Part shown: piece by piece, positions 13,701 through 32,900 of the stretch
Position numbering within the stretch: the stretch's first letter is position 1
Layout: every line of letters starts with the position of its first letter
NCBI RefSeq assembly: GCF_964204645.1
Contig: NC_134028.1
Location: forward strand, 25,912,345 to 25,976,344
Direction of reading: 5' to 3'
DNA from: Tubulanus polymorphus
Lineage: Eukaryota > Animalia > Nemertea
Length of the DNA stretch: 64,000 nt
Position numbers and translations under genes: made by a program
Notes under the pieces: generated by a model
Told to the model about the DNA's origin: nothing
Database searches by the model: none
Seen by the model: the letters and a program-made list of their open reading frames with translations, nothing else

Positions 13701-14543
13701 CATAGATACAGGGCAAAAACTAATCCCTGGGAACTTTTTGAAATATTTCCACGTCGAGGACTTTAAACTTGGGCTTACCTTCATACCCAGTCTACGAAAC
13801 CGTGCTCAGATTGAGGATTTATCCCTACGGTTAACTTTGATACGCAGTCTATAAAACTGAGCCCGGGAATCTTACGTTGTACGATTTTTAAAATGATTAG
13901 TTTTTCAGCACACGCGACGAAACGACGAAAACAGAATGATACAAAACACGCAGTCAATTGACGACTGAATGTTTGAATAAACGATGAAAGAAAACATCAA
14001 ATTTTGGCAGCTTTTGTATTAACGTTTTTTTTTTCTTCACCTGAACACAATTCAACTAATAACAACACGCTACACCGATTAGGCGTGCGTTTAACTCTGT
14101 CCTAAAAATATAAACATCGAATAGAAATAATCTGCGTTTGTTGTCATTTTTGTCTCCTCGTTTATAAAAATGCATAAAAAACATACTTCACGCTGTAAGT
14201 AAAGAATGGGGTACCGGCACACGAGCTATCCCGACAGATGGCGCCACCTAGATATCAGACGTGCGTACGCGATCAAAATTAGTTCATTTCCGATTAAATC
14301 TGATCTCGGTCTTCCAATCGGTATCCAAAAGTAAGGATAGATTATCTCAGATTCAGCTTAATAGAGTTCAAATGTGGCACGTCGTACGTCGAATTTGAGA
14401 AATATAATCATTAAGATTTCAATCGAGCACAGACGTCTTACAGAACACGGATTCTGGTAGAATTACGCTTGCCGCAGTAGCTTTGCCCGTACCCCATTAG
14501 TGTGTTGTACATATATAACGTATTCGACAACAGTCGTCTGCTT

Positions 14544-21351
<6,808 letters not shown>

Positions 21352-21815
21352 TTACAGTGGCGTATCAACCAATCAGCGCCCGTTTACAGTCGGACATAAA
21401 CCAATCAGTGCCCGTTTACTCATCCCAGATCGTTCCCAAATCTACCGCCGCACGGCGCCACGTTACGTTAGACGCAGTCCCGAATCGACTATTTTGCGTA
21501 AATAATCGCCGATTATTTCAGGGATAAACTTCAAACGGATGAAGAATTAGCTATAACTATGTCACAAGAATGTGATACTTTGAAAATAGAAAGCCAGGAA
21601 TAAAAGAAACACTTTTGACATAAGTTGGGAATGCTCCGAACCATACTGAACTGACGACCGGTACCGAGAAAAATTATCTTGGAAATTAATGATTATAATT
21701 ATTATATTTTAATCAATATGATGTCCATACCATAAAGAAAATTCAATTTCATAAACACCAAATATCACGCATTTACGTTTCGTACTACGAGTTTTCGTTT
21801 TATAGTTTCCCGTAT

Positions 21816-21830
21816 GTTGTCAATAGCAAC
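21816..21830. promoter_or_regulatory. RFX X-box upstream of TEKT4
   Basis: GTTGTCAATAGCAAC, ~140 bp upstream of the tektin ATG. CCAAT boxes at ~21369 and ~21401 on the FOXK side. Confidence 0.6.
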
Positions 21831-21967
21831 GATTAAACAGTACTGTGTTGGTTGCTCAGGTCTGCAGTGAGTGTGAAACATAGACATCTCTCTGTTGACT
21901 CAACTACACCTCGGAGCTAAGTATCGTATTTCCTGCAAATTTACTCAATCAAGGTTAATACTGCAAG

Positions 21968-24485
21968 ATGCCACAAGTTGACATGACTCTAGAACAAGCC
22001 CCTGAGGCTCCTGAACAGCCAGCTGAAAGAACAGTCAGTTTTGAGACGGTTTATACCGGCAACACTGGAAACGATATGGGCATTTCGACAGTGGGTTACA
22101 GATCGCAGAAGTACAATCCGGCCGAATGGCACGAAGGCAACTACAGCAAATATTTTCAATCTTTCACCGACCGAGACAAGGCCGAAAGAGTACGCCATGA
22201 ATCGAAACAGGTCATCAAAGAAACAGAAGCGACCACGAATAAAACACAGGCCGACGTCACGAAGAAACTCGGCGAAAGACTGCACGATACGAACTTCTGG
22301 AAATTCGAACTCAATCGCGAAATTCAAGATATGATCGCCGAAACAGATTTATTGCTCGCCCAGAAGAAGAGATTGGAGAACGCATTGCGCGCGACTGAAA
22401 TCCCTCTTCACATAGCAACCGATAACCTGAATTGTAGACAGCAACGTCAAGCGATGGATCGCGTGCAAGATGAAGTAGAATTATCACTTTTAAAGGTAAA
22501 ACTGTCGGTTGAAGGAAAAGCCTTGAATCTTTTATTTGACCCAAAACTGAGAATGGTTGTTTTAAGTATCGATAATTATATTTATAGGAAGTTGAGATTA
22601 TCAACAATGTGAAAGATTTGTTGAAGAAAACTATCGACCAATGTGAAAAACAAATCAAGTAAGTTTATGTATGGTTTGGTATTAAAAACAACCTGATGAT
22701 TTACATATTTAAAAATCACGCAATTTGAAGATTTATCAACTACCAAATGTTTTAGAAAGATTTCTTTCTTACATGTTCAGATTTATTCAAAATGACCGGT
22801 CACATCATACGATTTCTAAATCTCTATTGATTGAACTACTGATTTACAGTTTAACTAATGATCTATTTTCATCTTTCTCCTCAAGGTTCAACAGAAATGC
22901 TAAGCAAGATTTAGAGTTGGATTGGAGCGATAAGTATGAAGCGGAAATAATTGACGCGCAATGCGGGGCGTTGAGAAACGAAGATACTAACAAACAGTTC
23001 TATGCGGGATCGGCCAAATTTGAAGAAGTGTAAGTAGCCTAGAAGTCGCTAAGCAAAGACTGAAATACGTAGATTTCTTAACATGTGCTTGACAGCTTTA
23101 CTATTTGATGAATTTCAGTCAATCGACACCGGAATCTTGGGCTCAGTTTTCTCACGATAACATTGTCCGCGCTGAACACGAACGAATGGCGTCGGAACAA
23201 CTGCGGACGCTGATCGATAACGTACTGCAGGATACATCGCGAGATATGAGAGAACAATGCGATACCGTCGACGTGGCGTTCGCTAAGAGAGTCGACGAAT
23301 TAGAAGATGCTCTCGCTAAATTAAAGGAACATCTGAAAAAGGTACGAGAAATAAGATTGTTACATTCGAAAAAGCGCTATTGAAAGAATGTATGAAGTTT
23401 AACTTGACTTTTGGAAAAAATCTCAAAATAATTCAGCCGTTAAGTTCTCGAGTACAGTGCAAGCTTGTTGATACGCACCTTGTGGGCGAAAGTGAAATTA
23501 TCCAAATCTGGATTGATATAAATATGTTAGCTGGAGCGTGCTGAAATCATTGTAATAAATGAGTTTCATCTTTTTAAAAGAATCGTATTGACAAGGTTCA
23601 GTTCTGTAAAACGGTATATGTTAGCAATTTTTCAGGCGTATTGATTTGAATTTTCTGCCAATTGATTGAAAAATAAATGACCTGTTTCAATTGTTATTTT
23701 ATGAAGGTGTGCAGCGATATCTCTAGCATGGAAAACAACATAACCGATTTGAAGAAGGCGAGCAGAGGTAAAGAAAACCCGATGAAGGTCGCGCAAACTC
23801 GACTTCATAAACGTTCATATCGTCCCGGTGTTGATCTGTGCCGTGATCCGGCCCAGTACAAGTAAGTCCCTAATTTCTAGCAAAATCAACGGCCGAATTC
23901 AGTGAAAAATATTTATTGATTAGGGGCCGGTTTGGGTTAAACTTTAAGACCATCTTAATTCTTTACCTAATCTAACACCTTAAGATCAGTCTTGAGATTT
24001 AAGGCCACTTTTGGACTGTAGTCTCAATTATGGAACTGACCTGAGGTTGATAATGATAATAATAATATTGATAATATATTTTCCGATAAAGCATATGTCT
24101 ATAAATAATCGCTGCATCTTAACGACATAAATCATAGGGAAATCGTTAAAATTATCAAAAATAAAGATTTGAGCAATTTGTAAAGGGCGTCTCCAGTTTC
24201 CACGGATGACATGCTCAAAGCACTCGTATTGATTTTGAAATCTTAATATTCTCACTATTTTTCAGACTCGTAGGTGAAGTAAACGAAATTGGGCAGTCGA
24301 TGGACGCTTTGACGCAGAAGTTGAACGAATCAGAAAATTCGCGCAAGGATCTGATCGACAGTCGTATGAGTCTCGAGAAAGAGATTTCGACGAAGAAGAA
24401 CAGCATCTCCATCGACAAAAATAAATGTATGACCCATCGTGCCCGGTACCCGACGACTCTTCGATTACAGGGATATAACCAGTAA
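21968..24485 (+). CDS. TEKT4: Tektin-4 (axonemal filament protein)
   Basis: Exons ~21968-22495, 22588-22658, 22886-23028, 23119-23341, 23707-23861, 24266-24485. GYRSQKY..EWH, STPESWAQF, RPGVDLCRD signature, C-terminus KCMTHRARYPTTLRLQGYNQ* as in TEKT4. Confidence 0.92.
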
Positions 24486-25629
24486 ATCATGATCGATGCC
24501 GAATGATAACCAAAATCGTTTATCGTAACGAAAAAATAACCGATATACAGAAAATCATGAAATAAAGAAATGAATAAATTTTTATTATGAAACTTTAAAT
24601 GATTATAGGATCTATTTTGCACTACTTGAAACTACGATTTAGAAATTACTACATCATCTACGAGTGCAATGTTGGTGATTTTTTATCTACTTTAAACTTT
24701 AAAACTACACCCAATTTTTCAGTTCATGGTGCTTGGATAATATATATATATATCACAAAATACATATGTATTTTTGGATATTATTCAGATAATACTGCTT
24801 AATGTTAAAAAGCTTTGCTGCCGTAACTATTAGTGTACATACAAAAATTGATGTTTTTCTGAGCTCTTTTTACTAGCTATAAATTGAGACATTTCTATTG
24901 TGAAAATTTAGTGCAAATGTTTGTTGTGTCTCAGTTTATTTTGAGACTATTTATCTGTGATGTGTATAATTTATATATGGGTTTAATAAACATAATTAGA
25001 ACAAATAACGCCATTATTTTCCTTTATACTTCATCCTGGTACTCTTACACCGATCAACTAAATGGAGATGTCTTGATTCATGCAAGTCTGGGCAGGATCA
25101 AACTCGATTAAGAAGTTTGTGCAGCAGGACCTCTTAATTAAATCATCGATTTTGACTTGAATACGATAGTTTTACTAATTTCATACCCAATTTAATGAAC
25201 TATCAGTTCAAGAAACATATTTTCTGGTCCCATGCAGTTCGGTGCAACGAGATTCCGCTGTACGACCTTGTCGTATCTCTCCCACAAGTCCAGTCAAATA
25301 TCTATTGTCTCTCCTCGATCATTGCTTGCGTGTAAAATCCTCGGTTCAATCAGTCGTTCATGGATCCTTTCAAATCCTCTGCGAACTGGTAATGCCAATC
25401 CTCTGAGCAACCAATTCAAACCCAGTTACTGAAGATGATATTTGCATATAGAATATAGTGATTTATTTCGTATCAAAGTGGTTATAATCATATCGGGTAA
25501 ATTACATAGTACATTTACATCTATTCATTTCATAAATGCGGCTTTGATTTTCATTGATTTATACACATCTTCAAGCGTTCAAATATCCGATTATACACGT
25601 GTCATGAGTCCCTTCGCGGTCACTCCGCT

Positions 25630-26300
25630 TCAAAACGGAACTTCTTCCACTGGATACGCAGGAGTCATCGGATGATCGATCAAAAACTTTATACCCAGAC
25701 GTAAATCGTTCAAGAACACATCCTTACCGGCGGCGCTCAAATCTTTTGAATCGTCTTGAAAAAACGTTATCTTATCCCACGTGAATGACGTGTGTTTCAG
25801 CACTTGTCCGCACAATAACCTCAAAATAGTTCGAGCTTCTTTATTCATGCGCTTTCGCGTCATATCTTTTCCTTTCTGCGACTCGGCGCCGAAATAGTAA
25901 TGCCTCGGTATAACGTCCGACCAGATGATACGAGCGTGCGGGACTAAATCTTTGATCGCTTGCAGACCTTGTCTCAACAACGACACGACGTCGCCTAAAC
26001 TGCTCTCGGTAACGTCTATGATCCCGGCGTGTATGACCAGCACGTCTGGCGGTGAACATATCTTCAGCCGACTCTCCAGATAACTCGGCGTATCTCTGAA
26101 TCGCAGATCCGGATGACCCAACCATTCCAATTCCATATCTTTCAAACCGAGCGACAGACCTTCGGGGCGTTGTCCGGCTTCCATCATCGCCCAGTAAACG
26201 ATCGAATCACCGATTATCCAAACTTTAGTCGTCAAACCGGAATTGATGTACTGCGCGGCCGAATGATACGCGGCGTTGTACCGAGGTGCGGCGTGTAAAC
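25630..26300 (-). CDS. SGNH hydrolase-fold coding exon, retrotransposon-esterase-like; possible alternative last exon of SAFB/SLTM
   Basis: Intact ~223-codon frame after acceptor TTTCATAG: KVWIIGDSIVYWA, PPDVLVIHAGIID, RIIWSDVIPR, FQDDSKDLSAAG. Minus-strand AATAAA at 25462-25467. Confidence 0.75.
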
Positions 26301-26991
26301 CTATGAAACGGAAATATGAAACAGTCAAATACGCCAAACTTCCAAAGCCTAAACGCTGACCTTTCTTCTCAAAATGAATCTTTAGTTTGACGTATTTGAC
26401 TATTAGCGGATAGACAAGTATAAAATAAAGAATTCTAAAAGGAACACCCGATTATCAGATCAGAACTGTACCTAGTGAACTGAACTAGGCTACGAGTTAA
26501 GATATTTCGAAATTCAATTTTGAGGTGGCTCAAAATTCATCCAGATTCAGCGGTAGCGCTGAACCGGTTATGTTAGTAGCCGTATATGAACCGTACGTAT
26601 TTTGAGGTAGCTCAAAATAATGAAACGACCCGGTAGTTTTACCGAGCCTATGGTTCTCAGATGGCCTACATCATATAATACACCGAGTTAGTGCCAGAAG
26701 AGAAACCTATCAATTCTAAACTGAACATTAGCTAGAAAATTTCATAGTATACACTTATTATGTACAACTTATGACATTTATTTAGTACTATATACATATA
26801 TAATCAGAATCCAACTCAGATCCAATACTTTCTGTAGAAACAACCGATCGGATATTAATATCAACTTGGGTGAATTCCACCCCCTATACGACAAACGACA
26901 TTCAGTAAAATTTAATTACACGTTAAAAACGTTCTGAAAGAAAAAAAATACGGCCCTATCTTTAAAATGGAGTTTTTTTTTTTCGTTATAA

Positions 26992-29900
26992 CTAATAACG
27001 CCGGACACCGCTGCCCTGACCGCCGCTGCCTAATGCTTTATAAGCATCGAAACGCATGTCCTGACCACGCGGCATGTTTGAATTAGACGATGTATTATTC
27101 CACATCATACTGGCAGCTTTAGCCGCCGCGCCGAGGTACGCGCTATTCGGTTGCGACGGCATCATACCCATACCGGATTGATGCGGCTGTTGTTGGCGTT
27201 GCTGTTGCGGCGGGTTCATGTTCGGCCATCTGTCTGACTGGTGACGAGGCATCTGTTGACCGGGCATATTCTGCGAGCCCCATTGATTGTGAGGATGAGC
27301 GTCCTTGTTAGAGGCAGTGTTCCAATGAGCTCCTTCTGTAAAACAGACGACAGCATTGTCAGTTGCGCAAGAAGATTGGGCATCTCGAGGCAGTGGATAT
27401 TTTGACTTAGAAATAATCCTAGTTAACAATATCATGCCCATAACTCTAAACCTACTAACGGAATATTAATCGTATTGTTATATTTGTTAGTATATCTTAT
27501 TATACCGGGGATATAGATGTCGGCAAAATAGCGTTTACTAAATTTATGATAGATCAACAAAATATCCACTTCCTCAATACTGCTAGCAGTCAAGCCTTTA
27601 GGAATTTCACCCACTCTCACCATCCTACATTAAACTTTCATATAACGCCATGATTTTTTTTTCATCAATATTTTTTTGGAGACCAAACACCTGAGGAAAA
27701 TGTGAACCCGATACCAACGCACTGAAAACAATCTTCCAAGCAACAAATCAGTTACAAATAACAGGGAAAATGAGATATACGTCGGTATTAGCGGAAAATC
27801 TTTCGTTTCTCAACGGAAATACAAAATCTTTGTTAATACGTAATAGCACACAAATAATAATGACCCGGTTAGAATGTTTTTCTACCAGAATCAAAACAAG
27901 GAAGAAATTTATCCCAAAGCCACTTTATTTTTTTTAATGATACACGTAATTCGGGAAGTGCAGTTAGGGTTTGTCTAAAATGTAATTCTTGCCATTCATC
28001 TCGAGGACAAGTGCAAATAACTAATCGTGGGGGAAAATATCGTGACAAATAAAGAGGAAAAATTTCTCCTGTTCGTAACGAAAAAATCAAACTGAATTGT
28101 AAATGTTGAACGTGTCGTTGAGTGGTATAGTAGCTGTTTACACAGACTTACTGATTCTAGTATGTATGTACGGGTTTACATTTTCCATCAGTTGTTTCGC
28201 TTTATTAAGTTTTCCCTGTCAAACAGATAATTCATTCTAAAACCGGCAAATTCTGTTAATAATCGTGCAATTATCATGCGTTGCAATAGTTTATGGTACC
28301 AGAAACCGGCCACTCGACTGAATTAAGAATCTCAAGAGAAGACCGGTTCTGTCAGTTCCCTGGGTAGTCAAGAACAGGGTGGCCACTCTTTACTCATTTG
28401 CTTTTTTCTCAACTTTTCCCTGCCTATTCCCGACATATAAGATGTTCGATTGCACGTAGTCTGACTTAACTAATTTCCCTGATATTTCCCCCCCCCTTTT
28501 TTTTTTTAAATTCCATCTTCCCCATTTCATTAATAAAAGAAAATTCCTCAACATTTTTTCAACTTCCAGGAGAGTGACCACCCTGGGTAAACATGCCAAT
28601 GGAAGAACACCAGCTAGAACAAACCGACATCAAGAGTTGCATATTATTGATTTCATACAGACTCCCGATGATCCGATTACTGATAACTAGTTGTATTCTA
28701 AGGGGAAACTGCGGAGAAACTTACGTATAACGTTGCCGTGTCCGACCGGTCCTTGAGAATACGGCTTATTAGCCGACCACTGATCTCTACCGCCACCTTG
28801 TGGTTGATTATACTGTCTCGAATGCTGATCTATGAAAAATAAACAACTCATTTATAAATCGATTAAAACATCGGGAAGCAGGATGAAGCAATGATGCTGT
28901 TCAGGGTTCTTACAGATCCGATAGTCCAAAATACCCTGATATTTTCCTGAATTTTACCCTCGAACCAAAATTCCCCTAGATTTTAAGTTATCTCTGGTGG
29001 AGGCAATTTCTTTAGAAGAGTTCCTTGTGGCACTCGTGACAAGCAAGAACGAGACGCCAAAAATTCCCCAATTTCCAGGAAAAGAGTCAGAAGTTCCTAA
29101 CTTCCCTGATCAGTAAGAACCCTGGACCCAGTAACACAGTTCTGAGTTAATATTCGACAGGGAGCAAACTGATTACAATTTCTATGCTAACTCACAACTG
29201 TGAAACTGGACGATCCAAGATAATGGTAATATATTGATGGTACCTGATTGATATCGACGGTCCTGATTCTGAGTCAGATTCGACCGTTCAGATTTCCACT
29301 CAGCTCGTGAGTCAGTAGACCGACGAGGTGGAGACGGATCTCGACGTGTCGCAGCACGCGTCGTGTGACTCACTCGATCATCTCGTTTCCTCGGTGGAGA
29401 CTGACGCTTTTCATATCTGCAAATAATGTTTCATTAAGATGTGATAAAACTAGAGAATTGAAAATAACACTTTGGCTGCAGACTATAAAATATCCTGTTA
29501 TTCCAGCAGTCAAACTTAAGTCAAACAAGTGGGTGTAGTTGGGACAAGGTGGCCACTTTCCACCAATTTACAAATTCCCAGAGTAAATCCGAGAATTTCT
29601 TGGTTTAAATTAAATATGTTATAATTTATTCATTTTCAATAAATCACATACTGTAAAATATGGTCAATAGTTTATCCGAATTGCCAGAGTTTTCCAGGTT
29701 TTTTTTTGTGCAAAAATTGTCAAATTGCCCGAGAATTCGTTAATTTTTTCTATATCTTTCTGATTCCCTGAGTTTTTGAGAGCTATCAAAGGTGAAGATA
29801 CTGACCTGGTGTTTGTGTTACTCGTATAATGTCTATCGTCGCCGCTACGAGATCCACTTCCTCGCTGCACGACGACCTCGCGTGAATCCTCGCGTCGACT

Positions 29901-32900
29901 TTCACTCGGGTTACTCCTACGATCGTACCTCTCGACTCGTCGATCGTGAGGATCGGTGGTGGTGGTCGTCGTTGCGGCGCTGCTTCGACTGTGATCGCGA
30001 GCGTCTTTCTTCGATGAACCGCGCTCGAATTCCATAAACCTACGAGAAACCGACACTTTATTCAGACTGAGTTTATTCAGGCCGTGGCAACTAGATCAAT
30101 GCCATTACAAATCTCATGAAAACTATGGAATTTGCACATGTTTTACACCCTTATATTTTGACCTTTTTCATGCTGTTTAACTAAGAATACAGCATTGTTC
30201 AAATCACAAATATATTCCAGATTTTTAAAATTTTTCAATTCAAGGCACAATTACATAAAGCCGGACAAATCGAAACAATCCTCTTGAACTTGAATCATAA
30301 ATAGAGAGATAAGAATACAATATTTACGCACTACAAGGTAGAAGTCATCAATTGTTACCTTTCTTTACATCTTTCTCTGTCCGTCTGGAATCCTGGTCGT
30401 AAACTCGGTGATATTCGTTCTGTCTGCCGCGTGTTCGTCGTCGTGGTTGCGGACGTCGCCGCTCGTTTATTGTCCCAGAACGGATCGTCTTTAGTCGTCG
30501 TCGTTCTCGAGTCGTACGATCGTTTAGGAGCACATCGCTCCAGATCAACGCGTTCTCTTTCTTTACGTTCCCTTTCTCGCTGACGTTCGCGCTCGCGTTC
30601 TTTTTCGCGTTCTCTCTCGCGTTCACGTTCCAAACTGAAACAAGACACGGACAGCGTTTAACAGAAGCAACAAGCAGAAACCGCATCGCTAGTCAATTCA
30701 TTTAATATACATATGTATTTATTAAAGGTTCGGGATGGCTACTTTGCATTTTCCCTGACACTTGCATTGTTTTTACCGATTTGATCGGCTAAGAATTCAA
30801 TGAATTAAAACGCAGTCAAATACATGAGACATCGACGGAAACTGTTCGATTCTACGCGATCTCTTTAGCTTTTTATACAAGATTCCCGACTATTCCTTGA
30901 TTTTTATTTCTCAATAATTCCGGGTATTTCTCATTATTCCCATATTTACCGTTGCTGCTCTAATTTTCTCTGCTCTTCCTTCTCGCGTTCTAATAATCTC
31001 TCTCTTTCTCTTCGTTCGCGCTCGAGTCTGATTCGTTCGCGCTCTAATTGTTCGGCTTCGATTTTCGCGCGTTCCAGTTCTTCTCTTTCAATCCTGAAGT
31101 TATTAAGAGTAGTTCGTATTTTGACAGATTTTTCGAAATGTTCCTCAGATTCTTTTGAGTTCATTTCCAAATTCAATTGATCATTTTTTGACTCGGAAAA
31201 GCAACACAACTCATTTTCAAGTTAATCGACAAACTGCAGGACGGAGATGACAGTATTTGATAGTATTTGTGTATCAAGTTGACAAGTACAAAATTTGACG
31301 ACGAAAGTATTTTGTAATTGTAGTTATATATAAATATTTACCTGAGTCGTTCACGTTCTCGAGCTAATCTCACGGCTTCGTCTTTCTGCTGTCGTTCGAT
31401 CGCTCGTTGTCTGCGTAGTTCTTTCTCTGCGATCATACGTCTCTTACGTTCGGCTTCGCGAATAGCTCTTTCACGTCGGTAGATCTTCTCTCGTTCTCTT
31501 CTCTCCTGCGAAACATTTTACTCAAATTTAAATTTACAATTTCAGGACGGCCACTTCTACCCCACTTGACTGGCTTTTTCTGCTAAGAATATAGCTAGCT
31601 TCCCTTGATCGTAAGACATAGTCGAGAACTGTTTGATTTTATACGCAATCTAGCAATCTCACCAAATTTCCCAGACTTTATCAGATCCGGATTTATAGCT
31701 TTTTAGATAAAATCCCGCAATATTCCACGACTTTTTTAAAGATAAGAAAGTTTCCCGACTTATCGTTGAAATGGGAATACTGAGCTGTTTTGAAATGAGA
31801 GTCAAAAAATAAATTCCCTTGTTCTTACCTTTTCAGCATCCCTTTTATCGGAAGAATGATGAGAACCCGTGCTACGACGATCACCGGATTTTGATCTTGT
31901 TGAAGACGATGATTTTGGATCATCTAAAATAAGAAACCGAAAGTCATTACAGTACGGACACTCAATTCAAAACAATGATAAAGTCATTACAGTACGGACA
32001 CTCAAAACAATGATAAAGTCATTACAGTACGGACACTCAATTCAAAACAATGATAAAGTCATTACAGTACGGACACTCAATTCAAAACAATGATAAAGTC
32101 ATTACAGTACGGACACTCAATTCAAAACAATGATAAAGTCATTACAGTACGGACACTCAATTCAAAACAATGATAAAGTCATTACAGTACGGACACTCAA
32201 TTCAAAACAATGATAAAGTCATTACAGTACGGACACTCAATTCAAAACAATGATAATTCTACTAAATTGTCTTGCGAACCTTTTTTCGATTTAACGGATG
32301 ATGGTGATTTTTTAGGCGGCGATTTCTCATCTGTTTTGACGCTAGTTTTATCCGGTGTTTTTGTCACCGTTGCTGTCGTTTCTGTTTTTTCAGCCTCAGT
32401 TTTCTCGTCTTTTTTCTCCGCTATATCGGGTTTCGTTTCTGATTTGACTTTGTCATTTTGCTCGCCCGAAGTAGACTCAGGAGTAGCCGTAACATCCATA
32501 GCCGCCGTTTCAATCTTCACCTCTTCTTTCGTAGTCTTCGATTCCTCTTTTTTCTCCTCTTTAACTGGTTCTTCCTTCGGTTTTTCTGGTGTCTTTTTCA
32601 CCGTTGTAGGTTTCGGCTTGCTCGGCGAGGCTTTCTTCGGCGAAGTTGATTTTTTCGCATCTTTAGACTTCGGATCAACCTTCTTACTACTAGTATCATC
32701 TTTACGTTTTTCCACACTCGGCGGCGCTCGTTTCTTAACTGGAACAAACAGAACATCAATCAACAAAGTTCATCCGGTTTAACGGATTTAGGCAATACGT
32801 GTTTACAAGGAAAGTGAACCTACTCGTATCCGATTTGGATCTTTCGTGAGTCCGTTCAGGTCTCTTCGGTTGTGGTGTTTTAGCGACCGGTTTCTTAACA

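Noticed and set aside
25230-25430. Coding-like purine-rich minus-strand stretch downstream of the SGNH exon
   Set aside because: All three minus frames have stops and no recognisable motif.
31940-32254. CRISPR-like array
   Set aside because: Units are contiguous with no unique spacers, there are no cas genes, and it lies in a eukaryotic intron. It is a minisatellite.
32210-32782. 190-aa plus-strand ORF (and similar ones at 21989-22327, 54088-54699, 34894-35163)
   Set aside because: Antisense shadows of real coding exons.
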